Positions 1 to 10,717 of a stretch of 64,000 nucleotides of DNA are shown piece by piece. How positions within the stretch are numbered: the first letter of the stretch is position 1; each line of letters begins with the position of its first letter. The notes under the pieces are model-generated. The model ran no database searches. It was not told where the DNA came from and was given only the letters and a program-made list of their open reading frames with translations. The position numbers and the translations under genes were made by a program. This DNA comes from Paramoeba atlantica (Eukaryota; Protista; Discosea), in NCBI GenBank assembly GCA_977017575.1, contig CDRNVI010000070.1:186001-250000 (forward strand), read 5' to 3'.

Positions 1-1
1 T

Positions 2-409
2 TGGTTTCCGATTTCTGCCAAATATTTCCTCCCCGGGAGCATTGTTCTAATATCAATTTACGGCGCTTTTGCCGTAATGATACTTTGTATATCGAACACG
101 AGAGGCCTACGATTGAATTGGTTGGCGCTTCCATTGCTGTGTTTTTCGATCCATATCAATGACGGCTTGCGATTCGATTTCCTATTTGGATATTTCTCAA
201 TAGGTATTATGATTTGGTCTACCAATATTTTGCTTAGTAGTTATATTGTGAACTCTTCACATGTACTTTCATTACGCTCCCCTACCCACTATGTGTACGC
301 AATCACCGTTACACAAATGCTAATCGTGAACCCCGTTGCATCTTTCGTTTGGGCATCTTTAATTGCTCTTGTTTACGTTTTTGTCGGGTCAAATACCAAG
401 AAGAGCTAA
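2..409 (+). CDS. 3' part of a multi-pass membrane protein, running in from the window edge
   Basis: Frame is open from position 2 (WFPISAKYFLPGSIVLISIYGAFAVMIL...) to TAA at 409, with several hydrophobic segments. Family not recognised. Confidence 0.55.
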   Translation, partial: WFPISAKYFLPGSIVLISIYGAFAVMILCISNTRGLRLNWLALPLLCFSIHINDGLRFDFLFGYFSIGIMIWSTNILLSSYIVNSSHVLSLRSPTHYVYAITVTQMLIVNPVASFVWASLIALVYVFVGSNTKKS

Positions 410-750
410 CCACTTCGTCCGAGTTTGATCACGTGTCTAACAGCTTGTATATTTTTGCAATTTAACGAACTTATTGAAGGGATGACTACACCCAACGTAT
501 TGTCCTTTGTTTATTTATATTCAGTTAGATTTGGGAAAGCATGCTGCAAATATTTAAGGCACAAAATACAGTGAAGTCCCAGTAGGTGTATACATAGAAC
601 AACTAATTTCTACTACGCACGTCAAGGACTTATTATACCGGTGGAAAGATTTGGAAAATTACATACAAATTGTTTTGAGCAATTACGTCGTTATTTGTTT
701 TGTCAACCTACGTGTTTTTTGAGCTACTATATAATTCACATTTTCTTAAA

Positions 751-1119
751 ATGTCTTCTTATACAACCGACTCCGGAGGAGGTCCTGTCAATAACAATAT
801 TCCATCACCGGCCGCACTTCAAGCCGAGAAGGAAAAAGAGGCTCAACAAATAGAGAAAGCTGATACGTTCATGCGTGCCATGTTAAGCGCAGAAGCAAGA
901 GAGCGCTTAAAGCGCATTGAGGTGGTAAAACCGGAGAGAGCTCGTTTGGTGTCTCAGCACATTGCTAAATCCGTCCAAACACGGCGATTGTTACCGCCAG
1001 TGTCGGATGACACTCTTAAAAGCATCTTATCATCGTTATCCCAACAGGAAAATGAGTCTAATGGACTTCGTAATCAAATTACATTTCTCCGTAAGACGAG
1101 AGACGATGATGATTGGTAG
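751..1119 (+). CDS. PDCD5: Programmed cell death protein 5 (PDCD5/TFAR19) family
   Basis: AMLSAEARERLKRIEVVKPERARLV motif and C-terminal ITFLRK..DDDDW. First ATG is at 751. Confidence 0.9.
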   Translation: MSSYTTDSGGGPVNNNIPSPAALQAEKEKEAQQIEKADTFMRAMLSAEARERLKRIEVVKPERARLVSQHIAKSVQTRRLLPPVSDDTLKSILSSLSQQENESNGLRNQITFLRKTRDDDDW

Positions 1120-1308
1120 TTCGTTCCAGAACCGTCGCATGCAGCAATAGAGGATACAAAGGTGCAACATATTCTTTTCCGGAAATTTTGAGGGTTTATT
1201 TTGGAGTTGGAGTAAGTTAATACAATGCATTACCGCTCTACATCTCTATTCACGAATTACAGTAATGTAAATTTCACTTTATTTTCTGCCATCTAAGACC
1301 TTTTATTA

Positions 1309-4300
1309 ATGAGCCGCAAGAAAGCTTTGGTTTGTGTGACTAGCCTAGTCACACCCGCGAATTCATGGACGACTTCTCCTATCTGCGCGAGGTCCCACAT
1401 TCCCCGTGTTTTTTCTTGCTATGAAAACAGGACAGATTCTGGAATTAACATTGGTTATTCGAACATTTTGGTAAGAACCCAGAGGAGGATCTTTTGCTAT
1501 ACTCGGATGTTATTTGGTATGGACGAAAGTGCATCTTTTGTTGAGCCACATACATTTCAAAACGTTATGGATCTTGGGTCTCTTCACAGTACTCCCGAGA
1601 AAATAGACTCTAAAACGGGTGATGGTACGTTGGACCAACTGAACTCCAGGACTGAATCGTCGAACTCTAATACAGAATCAGTTCTAACCTTTCAAGACCT
1701 TGCAGATCGTAGAGTACTTCAGGAAGAGACTCCACCAGAAATTAATGTAGCCTTGCACTTAACTGACGAACTGCATACTATGCGACAATTTGATCTGGCG
1801 CGCTTTATTCGATCCAAACGGAATGCACGAGTAACGCCAATGGAAGAATTCGTATGTACCCCGGGTACCCGTAAACAAACACAACTGTTGCTTGAACTAA
1901 TTCACCATGCCGAGGAAGAAGCTGAAGGAACCTATGGCTTCTCGAGTGTCACCCAAAAGTTCGGACAAATTGAAGAAGAAACTAAGAAGGCACTTCGGTC
2001 GCGTGAATGGAACGACCGAAGCTTGGAAGCGGCACATTTGGAGTACAGCTGCAAAACCTCTATTCAAAGAGATACAATGACATGGAAGACACCGGAGCTC
2101 TCTCTCCGTCGACATGGAAGAACTGTGAGAATTCTGGCACAACGCTTACTAAAGGCAGCGCACGAAGAATATGATTCGGCCTCAATTGCCGCTGTAGGGG
2201 GAGTTCATCGTACCTTTCGAGAACAATCGTTGGCTGCACTTCGTACAGTGCCTTTGAGGGATCTCGTCGCTGTGTTTTCACGTTTTTGCGCAAAGCACAT
2301 AATGCACACCGGTTGTCCTGCGTTCATGTCTGTGTCATCCCATTTAGGAAACACATTAGTTGATCAAGGTGTGTTATGCCGCCCGACTTCCGAAGACAAT
2401 ATGCTCTCACTTAGTCGTATGATGGGACTTCTTGATACACTTGAAAGTGAGGTTGAGCATTCATTAAACTTGAAGAACCTGCAAAATGAGAACGTCGCTT
2501 CTGCCCTGTCAGAGAGAATTACACGTCATAAGAGTAGATTTGCTCAGATTAATACCAGCAAGGATGTGCCAGAATTTGTACTCACATTGGCGTCTCAATT
2601 TCAACAATGGGAACGCTTAGTAAGAAACGATATTCCTATCCTAAGTGAAGTGAGCGAAAAAATATTTGACGACATTTTGTTGGGTGTCACTACTGTGCGC
2701 ATCATGAAAGTATTCACGGATTCGGTTTCCACCTCTATTTCGATACCTTTTGTTCGAGATTTCACGCGCATTTTGCGATACGATCTTGAAGTTGAACTTA
2801 AAGACGACCACATTGATGCTATTGAAGCTCTAAATGGCTACTGCAGTTTGCCAAATGAAAAGGTGAGATTGGATGTCACCTTATTCGAAACTATCAACAA
2901 CGCTCATCTTTCAGCCATCGGTATGGACAATACCCCACCTTCACGCGAGCGTTTGGGTTTAATTATGTGGCAAGTTGCACGCGTGGCATCAGAGGCACCA
3001 GGGACATATTCACTGTACGAGCTTCTTGTAGGTGTAACAAAAGATATGGCTTTTCACCTGCGGTATGGAGAATTATACAAGCGAATGAGTGTTTACAGTC
3101 GCCATGAGTTACTCTTTAGTAAAACCGTTTCATGGGACAGGTTGCGACATCTAGAAAAGGAACACAACATAATTCCAATGAGTACAAAGACAGTGGCTTT
3201 CATGTGTACTATTTTTATGTATCTACTTACCATCAGCACCATTAACCCTACGTTGAACGGCTTCGGCGCAAGAAAAGATGCTCCACTACTCAGGTTTATC
3301 CCGCCTTGTGAAGTTGACGATTTTTCCGTACTAGGGCTTACCTGGCAGAAACCGAGTACGGACCTGAAAGTCGCACTGCCACCCCAATTCGAGCATCGGG
3401 GATGGATGGACGCCGATCAAGATAAAGGTATCTATCGCATGCTGCCCAGTAAGCCAGTCCTTGGTGCTATGAGTGACCTCTTCGTGCGCACAAAACCACC
3501 AATGATGGCTGCCATGGACTGTCTTTCTCGGGTTCCTTGGCGCATCAACCGCTTTATTCTACACGTGCAGGAAATGATTGTTGTAGAGGGGTTTGGATTT
3601 CACAAAATTATGCCTGCTTTTCATCCATTGCCTTACTTAAGCATGCCGACTGGCTACGTGCCTTGTAAAAGCATCGAAACGAGCGATGAATTTCAGTCGC
3701 TACGAAGATTTATGTACGATGACAACTCTAGAATCGCTTTTCGCGCTCAACGTGAAGCAGATAGATCGGGGGCACTCCAAGTTTTCTCGTCTCGGCAACA
3801 TTACTTGATGGCGTGTCGCACAGCTCGTACGATGGTCAACAAGTCCAAAATATATTTTCCACATAAACTTGATTTTAGGGGTCGAATGTATCCCCTTGTT
3901 GGAAGATTAAATCACACTGGATCAGATCCTTTTCGCGCCATGGTCGAATTCGCCGACCCCGTACCTCTAGGAAAAGACGGTTTTTATTGGTTGAAGGTTC
4001 ACCTAGCCAACGTAATGGGACAAACGAAGCTGACCTTCGAAGAACGTGTTCAATATGTTGACGACCACCTCGACGATTTGGTCCAGAGCGCGGAGAGTCC
4101 CCTAGGCGGGGATCGGTGGTGGCAAGAAGGAGATGAACCACTCCAAGCACTCCAAGCGTGTCGAGAGATCTACAACGCAATGTCCTACAGTCCAAACATT
4201 GAGGACTTTCCCTCACACATTCCTGTCCACATTGATGGCAGCTGTAACGGGTTGCAACACTACAGTGCGATCGGGCGTGACTACGAAGGAGGGGTACACG

Positions 4301-5187
4301 TGAATCTGGTTCCCAGTAAGCGTCCGCAAGATGTGTACATGGGCGTGTTAAAGGAACTCATTTCAATGGTTGAGGAGGACGCCGCGAATGAAAATGCTGT
4401 AGCACTACGTTGCTTGGGTAGCGGGGTAAATCTTGACACCGGTCACTTGAAGCGAAAGACCATCAAACGGGCAGTGATGACTCAGGTCTACGGTGTTACG
4501 TTCTTTGGAATGCACGACATGATTCTAAAGGAGTTGGAGATGCAGAACAACAACCACCACCTATGGACGACAGTGGTGATGAAGGAAATGGCTACGTATC
4601 TGCGTGACAAGCTGGTGCGCTCGCTGGGGAAGACCTTTGGGAAAGCCCAGGCCTGTCGTCAGTGGTTGGATAAAGTTGCCGCGCGCATCTGGATGTGTCA
4701 GCCCCCTAGCATGCAGCAATGTTTCCAGTGGACTACTCCACTGGGGCTAATCGTGCGGCAACCCTACACGAAGGGCTCCAATACCCCAATTTTCACCCCA
4801 TCAGGGTGTATTAAAGTAGAATGTGGAATGGTTAACCATGCGAGTCGCTCACAACTCAGCGCACTTCCGCCGAATGTGATTCATTCTTTGGATGCGTGCC
4901 ACCTGGCGATGACTGCACTGGAGATGGACCGACTGAACCTTAGTATGGTCGCCGTGCATGACTCTTTTTGGACCCACGCCGCGCACTTGCCCGATCTCAG
5001 CCGCGTTTTGCGACAAGAGTTTGCGAATTTGTATTCTAATTACGACCCCTTATGGGAGTTGAAAGAGCAGTGGGAAGAACAGTACTTTATTGACTTGCGC
5101 AGACATGGGGTATCACTACCAGACCCCCCGGAGAAAGGAACGTTGAACCTACAGGATGTGTTGCAAAGCAAGTATTTTTTTGCCTAG
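1309..5187 (+). CDS. POLRMT: Mitochondrial single-subunit (T3/T7-type) RNA polymerase
   Basis: LDFRGRMYP, motif A DGSCNGLQHY, motif B RKTIKRAVMTQVYG, PPNVIHSLDA, motif C VHDSFWTH. Long N-terminal extension; start codon uncertain. Confidence 0.95.
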   Translation: MSRKKALVCVTSLVTPANSWTTSPICARSHIPRVFSCYENRTDSGINIGYSNILVRTQRRIFCYTRMLFGMDESASFVEPHTFQNVMDLGSLHSTPEKIDSKTGDGTLDQLNSRTESSNSNTESVLTFQDLADRRVLQEETPPEINVALHLTDELHTMRQFDLARFIRSKRNARVTPMEEFVCTPGTRKQTQLLLELIHHAEEEAEGTYGFSSVTQKFGQIEEETKKALRSREWNDRSLEAAHLEYSCKTSIQRDTMTWKTPELSLRRHGRTVRILAQRLLKAAHEEYDSASIAAVGGVHRTFREQSLAALRTVPLRDLVAVFSRFCAKHIMHTGCPAFMSVSSHLGNTLVDQGVLCRPTSEDNMLSLSRMMGLLDTLESEVEHSLNLKNLQNENVASALSERITRHKSRFAQINTSKDVPEFVLTLASQFQQWERLVRNDIPILSEVSEKIFDDILLGVTTVRIMKVFTDSVSTSISIPFVRDFTRILRYDLEVELKDDHIDAIEALNGYCSLPNEKVRLDVTLFETINNAHLSAIGMDNTPPSRERLGLIMWQVARVASEAPGTYSLYELLVGVTKDMAFHLRYGELYKRMSVYSRHELLFSKTVSWDRLRHLEKEHNIIPMSTKTVAFMCTIFMYLLTISTINPTLNGFGARKDAPLLRFIPPCEVDDFSVLGLTWQKPSTDLKVALPPQFEHRGWMDADQDKGIYRMLPSKPVLGAMSDLFVRTKPPMMAAMDCLSRVPWRINRFILHVQEMIVVEGFGFHKIMPAFHPLPYLSMPTGYVPCKSIETSDEFQSLRRFMYDDNSRIAFRAQREADRSGALQVFSSRQHYLMACRTARTMVNKSKIYFPHKLDFRGRMYPLVGRLNHTGSDPFRAMVEFADPVPLGKDGFYWLKVHLANVMGQTKLTFEERVQYVDDHLDDLVQSAESPLGGDRWWQEGDEPLQALQACREIYNAMSYSPNIEDFPSHIPVHIDGSCNGLQHYSAIGRDYEGGVHVNLVPSKRPQDVYMGVLKELISMVEEDAANENAVALRCLGSGVNLDTGHLKRKTIKRAVMTQVYGVTFFGMHDMILKELEMQNNNHHLWTTVVMKEMATYLRDKLVRSLGKTFGKAQACRQWLDKVAARIWMCQPPSMQQCFQWTTPLGLIVRQPYTKGSNTPIFTPSGCIKVECGMVNHASRSQLSALPPNVIHSLDACHLAMTALEMDRLNLSMVAVHDSFWTHAAHLPDLSRVLRQEFANLYSNYDPLWELKEQWEEQYFIDLRRHGVSLPDPPEKGTLNLQDVLQSKYFFA

Positions 5188-5463
5188 GTGAATATTACTC
5201 AAACACTGCATCTAGCGGTGCGATCACAGTCCATTAGCACACCTTAACCGGAATATTAGAACCTTGTTTTTATGCATTGATTGTTCATTTTTCATTTCTT
5301 CACCTATAGCTTTATTATTTTCCGAGACTTGGTGAGTAGTACAGTATTATCGCTCACAGTATATTGGTGTCATTTTATACATTTTTCTGCTGACTTCCTT
5401 ATCTCGAATGTAATACGCAACGAGAATTTGTTATTGTCAACCTTATTCGTCTCGAGAATTGCT

Positions 5464-6030
5464 ATGGGGTTTCTCACGCAAATACGAAAAATTAAAGCCA
5501 AAGAGAAAGAAATGCGACTTCTCCTCTTAGGTCTGGACAACGCTGGAAAGACCACGGTTTTAAAACGAATTATGAAGGAGGATGTCCTTGCCGTAAGTCC
5601 GACGTTTGGCTTCAGCATTCGCAGCATAGCCCACAATGGCTACATGCTAAATGTCTGGGACGTGGGAGGACAGGAGTGCCTAAGAATGTACTGGAAGAAC
5701 TATTTCGAGCGCACCGACGGTATTTTATGGGTGATTGACAGCACAGACATCTCCCGCCTTCAAGATAGTCGCCGAGAACTCTCCGAAATACTATCCGAAG
5801 AAAGACTTGCGAGTGCGCCCCTAGTGGTGTTTGCGAACAAGCAGGACATACCTGGAGCCTGGACACGTGACCGTATTATGCATGCGTTACAGTTCGATGA
5901 GCTCAGTAGGCCGAATTCTCGACCCATCTACGTTGTCTCTTGTAGTGCGTACACAGGCGAGGGGATACTTGAAGGCTTGAACTGGCTTGTGGACACAGTG
6001 GCCTCTCGGCTCTACATGCATGGACGGTGA
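5464..6030 (+). CDS. ARL2: ADP-ribosylation factor-like GTPase 2
   Basis: MGFLTQIRKIKAKEKEMRLLLLGLDNAGKTT, WDVGGQ, YWKNYFERTDG, NKQD. Start set at the myristoylation-type MG. Confidence 0.93.
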   Translation: MGFLTQIRKIKAKEKEMRLLLLGLDNAGKTTVLKRIMKEDVLAVSPTFGFSIRSIAHNGYMLNVWDVGGQECLRMYWKNYFERTDGILWVIDSTDISRLQDSRRELSEILSEERLASAPLVVFANKQDIPGAWTRDRIMHALQFDELSRPNSRPIYVVSCSAYTGEGILEGLNWLVDTVASRLYMHGR

Positions 6031-6525
6031 AAATATGTACGACTGATCCTACAAAGGCAGCGCAGATTTCAAGTTTGTTGTGTGGAACGCAACGCGTATT
6101 TTTCGCCGTATGCTCCCGAACCACCAGCAAGACACTACTGTCCCTGCGATTCATATTGATTGAGACAAGCTTCTAGAATGATATTTTCTCGGATTATTAT
6201 TATTGTTGAGGTTGCACATATCTACCGCTCTACTCTCGATTATTTAAAAAAAAGTGAAGAAAAACAGTGAAAAAATAGAAAGGAACACAGCAGAGGGGCT
6301 TCGGGTGAGGCCCAAAAAGAGATCACGCGAGATCTCTTATTTATTAAAGGCCTTGAAGGGGTAGAGTAATTTGTTTTTGAGATTATCTTTCTTACGACAG
6401 TAGTGACCGGGGAGTACCCTACTTTCTCCATACCATCTTTACGCTTTAAGAACCTCCCTCTGTCCCCTCTTAACACCACCTTTCACCTCCCTACCCTCTT
6501 CCCCACATCCCCCCCCACCACCACC

Positions 6526-7500
6526 ATGACCCTCCCCCCTCCACTCGATCCCATTATCCCCAACACCGTCGCCTCTTCGTACGCTTCGCACCCCTCCTCC
6601 CCCACCCCCGCACCCCACCCCGAGTCTCCCCCCCAGCTCCGTCTCGGGACCAAAATCATCCCCGCCCCCGGGGCCTCCGAGCTCACCAACCCCGACGGCA
6701 CCATCCTCTCCATCCACACCGAGTACACCCCGGAGGGCGCCCGTGTGGAGAAGCGAACCCTGCTGCGTCGTGTGCCCCGCACGGAGGTCCAAACCCCAAC
6801 GGCGCAGCGACGACAGAACACGTGGAAACCCTTTGGTCGCGCCACCGACGCGAATATGGAGAGTCTCACCTCCGTCCCCGCGAACCCCCCCGTGCTGGTG
6901 CTCCGGCAGGAGGGGAGGCGGGGAGCCGGGGGGACGGGAGACGCGGGGGGGAGTGGGGGGCGCATAGGGGAGGTGGGCGCCGGGGGGAGTGCGGAGCGTA
7001 TGACCTTACGAGCGTTGGATGAGCTCGAGGCCGCGTTCGCGCGGGAGGCGACGCGGGTGGAGCAGTTGAAGCGGATGGAGCAGAGTGGGGGAGGGGGGAG
7101 CAAGGAGAGTGGGGGAGGGAAAGGGGTGGGTCGAGGGGGGGATGGGGGGGAGGGCTCACCGTTGAGTGGTGCAAAGGCCGGGGTGTACCGTGCGCGAGGG
7201 AAGGAGGGGGCTACGATGCATGATAATGCGGAGGTGACGGCATTGCGGGTGTCGAATTTGAGCGAGGATACGAATGAGGAGGCACTGCGGTTGTTGTGTG
7301 CGAAAATTGGGCGGGTGCAACGGGTGTATGTTCCGATGGTGACGGAAAGGGATCCGAATACTGGGGTGGCGACGCAGAGGAATAAAGGATACGCATTTGT
7401 GACGTTTACAAAAGTGTCGGAGGCGGAGAAGGCGTTGGAGAAGTTGAACAAACATCCCTTCCAAGGAGCTTTGTTGTCGGTGACCTGGGGATCGAAATAG
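6526..7500 (+). CDS. EIF3G: Translation initiation factor eIF3 subunit G
   Basis: RRQNTWKPFG segment, then a C-terminal RRM (ALRVSNLSEDTNEEAL...KGYAFVTF...LSVTW). Confidence 0.85.
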   Translation: MTLPPPLDPIIPNTVASSYASHPSSPTPAPHPESPPQLRLGTKIIPAPGASELTNPDGTILSIHTEYTPEGARVEKRTLLRRVPRTEVQTPTAQRRQNTWKPFGRATDANMESLTSVPANPPVLVLRQEGRRGAGGTGDAGGSGGRIGEVGAGGSAERMTLRALDELEAAFAREATRVEQLKRMEQSGGGGSKESGGGKGVGRGGDGGEGSPLSGAKAGVYRARGKEGATMHDNAEVTALRVSNLSEDTNEEALRLLCAKIGRVQRVYVPMVTERDPNTGVATQRNKGYAFVTFTKVSEAEKALEKLNKHPFQGALLSVTWGSK

Positions 7501-7885
7501 CTTTGACTACCTCACTGAAATACAGATTCTATGTAAGTGACTTCAGTTGTCTACTTCGTCTTCAACTTCGGGAATTTTGCACATCTTATAGTGATTGATA
7601 GCCTATGCCCTTTGAGGCTCGGCTTGTTCGCATCATTTCTTTGAGTCAATAAAAATGTTACTTGTTTGAAATTCGTAGAAGGAAAGCTTATATGTTGTGC
7701 TGCTCGTAATTGTATTAACCACTATTGGTCGTTCAAAAAAAAAATGAATTTTAAGGGCGAATAAGAGATGAATTTTAAGAGCTTCTACACTGTGCTCGAT
7801 AGTAACATTTTCGCCAATTTACAGTATATTTAAATTTTCATAGGTTGGCTTACTCAATTTTCTATTTTTCGATGCAAAAGGAATC

Positions 7886-9727
7886 ATGTTATCATCGTGT
7901 ATTGTGTCTGAAACGTCCTTAGAGGCATATCGCCCGGATTCCGCAAGCTTTGTTTTAGAATTGGGTATTCTAAATCCGGAACAGTACGTCGCCGTCATGC
8001 GGAGTGGGATTGCGGTGCAAACAACTTCATCTAGTCCTTTAAACAGCCCGTACTACCTACACCCACACGCCGTGCCCCCCACATCATTAGTACATGGTAT
8101 GCTGTTCTTTTGCGAGACACAGCCCAGATTTATGAAGAGACGTATGGGGGGTCATTTCTTTCGTGTTTACGAACGCGTCTACCGGGACGAGTTTGAAATT
8201 AATTTACTTCGGTGTGAGTCGAAATGTTCCACTCTACGACCTCCCTCCTACCATCATTATGCATGGATTATCCGCGAGATAGTTCCCCACGGTACTTACA
8301 ATATCAAGGGCTTAAGATCGTGGGGCGGTAGTGAAGTTTTGGAAATATCGGAGCGTGCCGTACGAAAACCACCTCTTCCTAAACGATGCAGTTCGCAGGT
8401 CGCTTTATATCACGTGCATCGACTTGACATGTGCATGGTAAACAATTGCCAGCTATTAACTGCACAACTACAGAGTGCTGCGTTACAAACCAAACACGAC
8501 AATGACAGACTTTGTCCTCTGCATGTCTGCGAGGATTCCTTATCCACTACCGTAGCTCTCCTTACGGAAGAAAGCGTGTTTTTGTCACCCAACGTTCTAC
8601 GTGGAATTCTTCTTGGCTACTCATACATTGGTATGCCTAAGCTGCGCGATATTCCAGCATATGAACATCACCCAGCTAGATTACAGAACCGTGATGAAAA
8701 TGGTCTGCTTTATCAGTATCACGGAAGTTGGAGTAGCCTGCCAAGATTTCCACATGATGAGAATATACAGGGTGCTGCGTCCCACGTTATGGTGCCGACA
8801 CGGGACAGTGTGCACCGGTGGACTCGAGAAAACAAAAGTCTGCGGCATTTTCACAGTGGTTACCGTTGGAACATAGTGTACAATACGGAGTTCTTGTTGA
8901 AGGTTCCCGAAGAATGTAGGGGGAGATTTTTTAATCATCTGTCTAGCTCAGAACTTGAACTTTTGAGTACGGAACTACCTTTACTAGTGTGGTGCTTTTG
9001 TGGTAGAGCAACTACCTCGTGCCGAGAAAAGAGAGGACGCACTTCCTCAGGAAAAACTATGAAACTTCCGATAAGAATAGAGAGTCGTAAACGGCGCAGA
9101 ACACTTTGCTTAGAAAACCGAAATAACGAGTCAGAGGGAAGACAATCTTCATGTAATACGAATGCAGCAACTAGTTTTCACACAAGACGCCCATTTATTA
9201 AATACGTGGTTGGCTTTGGTCAACCCGCGCCATGGGCCACAGACTGCAGATCACGAGACTCCTTAGTTAAAGTAAATGATCCGTCCCTATACGTTCCAGC
9301 GGATAACATCACTTGTCTGTGTTTTATCAAAGCCCTACATCAAGGCAGGGTACCGTACATCAACGAAATTCAGTCTCTAAATGAAATACACCGAACATGG
9401 GATGGCATTAATGCTTGTGAAGGGCCAATTCCTATTACAGTGCCTCCAAACGATATCGACATAACCTATCAGGCGAGCGATGCGGATTCTCAAAGCCTTA
9501 CAGTTCCCCCAGAACAATATCTTACCGTTTTTTCTCATCTAAACATACTTCGTCAGAAGGTGCGTCGGCACTTAGTCAGCAAAAACATTACATATCAGGA
9601 GGCAGCGAAGCAGATGGGATTGGCTAAAGGAACTTTATCTATTTGGATGAACCATGATAACCGTGTGACTGCAGTAGTCAGCTCCAGAATATTGCTTTGG
9701 TTGAAAAGGGTGGATGGAGAAAACTAA
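7886..9727 (+). CDS. Hypothetical 613-aa protein with a C-terminal helix-turn-helix-like domain
   Basis: Long ORF on the coding strand. C-terminus LRQKVRRHLVSKNITYQEAAKQMGLAKGTLSIWMN fits the lambda-repressor/XRE-type HTH pattern. Confidence 0.7.
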   Translation: MLSSCIVSETSLEAYRPDSASFVLELGILNPEQYVAVMRSGIAVQTTSSSPLNSPYYLHPHAVPPTSLVHGMLFFCETQPRFMKRRMGGHFFRVYERVYRDEFEINLLRCESKCSTLRPPSYHHYAWIIREIVPHGTYNIKGLRSWGGSEVLEISERAVRKPPLPKRCSSQVALYHVHRLDMCMVNNCQLLTAQLQSAALQTKHDNDRLCPLHVCEDSLSTTVALLTEESVFLSPNVLRGILLGYSYIGMPKLRDIPAYEHHPARLQNRDENGLLYQYHGSWSSLPRFPHDENIQGAASHVMVPTRDSVHRWTRENKSLRHFHSGYRWNIVYNTEFLLKVPEECRGRFFNHLSSSELELLSTELPLLVWCFCGRATTSCREKRGRTSSGKTMKLPIRIESRKRRRTLCLENRNNESEGRQSSCNTNAATSFHTRRPFIKYVVGFGQPAPWATDCRSRDSLVKVNDPSLYVPADNITCLCFIKALHQGRVPYINEIQSLNEIHRTWDGINACEGPIPITVPPNDIDITYQASDADSQSLTVPPEQYLTVFSHLNILRQKVRRHLVSKNITYQEAAKQMGLAKGTLSIWMNHDNRVTAVVSSRILLWLKRVDGEN

Positions 9728-9940
9728 TATGCAAGCACGGTTTTAATTGTATGTAGATGGTGTCACCACATTTTAGTATTACGCACGATGGCAATAATAA
9801 GGTACAAGGCAATGATAATAACGAGTATGATCATACCGGATTGCCTAAATCCAGTAAAAAAATCCGTCCTAAAAAGTATTCCAGACGTCGTGTATTTCCA
9901 ATTTTCTACTTTAGGGTTGATTTTAGCACTCTCTTATACA

Positions 9941-10516
9941 ATGACAGGAATTCGAGGGAAGAGAACTCGTCGAGCGAAGCGGATTATTAACGTCCGAACG
10001 AAGGCTCACCGCTCCAAGCGCCACGCAGAAGAAAAGATACTGCGCCATCTCTCAAAAGACAATGAGCTTTCAAGAACATATTTGGCACCCCGATGTCTAG
10101 AGCGTAAGTCCACAAAAGCGGCTTATAGTGTCCTGGGCATGCAATGCGCCGTCATGACACGTCAAGATTTGTCACATGCTCGTCAGAAAACTGCACAAGT
10201 AGTAAATGATCAAATGAGCGATGTGTCTCTTGCGACTAAAGGTGTAAAAAGGGAAGCAAGTGAAGATAACATACACCTGGACTTTGAGTGTGAGCAACGC
10301 AAGGCGAAGCTCCCACATTTTTCCTCCGGAATGTGCGCATGGCTTGCAGAGCTAATAAAAATACATGGTCAAGATTACCGTGCAATGTTTTATGATCTGA
10401 AACACAATCCATACCAGCTTACAGAAAATAAACTGAGGAAATACTGTACAGCTTATGAAAAGCTACGTGAAGCCTCCGCAGATCATTTTTCACATGAGTC
10501 TAATGATATCTCTTAG
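9941..10516 (+). CDS. NOP16: Nucleolar protein 16 (60S biogenesis)
   Basis: Basic N-terminus; C-terminal LIKIHGQDYRAMFYDLKHNPYQLTENKLRK is the Nop16 signature. The start could be further upstream (ORF open from 9788). Confidence 0.85.
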   Translation: MTGIRGKRTRRAKRIINVRTKAHRSKRHAEEKILRHLSKDNELSRTYLAPRCLERKSTKAAYSVLGMQCAVMTRQDLSHARQKTAQVVNDQMSDVSLATKGVKREASEDNIHLDFECEQRKAKLPHFSSGMCAWLAELIKIHGQDYRAMFYDLKHNPYQLTENKLRKYCTAYEKLREASADHFSHESNDIS

Positions 10517-10717
10517 TGGAGCGCATATGTCCCGAAAGGTAATTCTTCCAGGCATATGATGTGTAAGAAGGCCACAAAATGTTCGGCCGAACGGAACAGA
10601 ACCCCAACCATAATTGGAACTATTTCGTTATTGTAAATTTTCTAGTATTTGTCTACTCTACTGAATATTCTTACTTACCACTGCTGACTTTACTCTCATT
10701 TAAGCCCTTCTGTCCCC

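Noticed and set aside
1309-5187. Phage or viral T7-like polymerase insertion
   Set aside because: The long N-terminal extension and housekeeping context fit the ordinary nuclear-encoded mitochondrial RNA polymerase.
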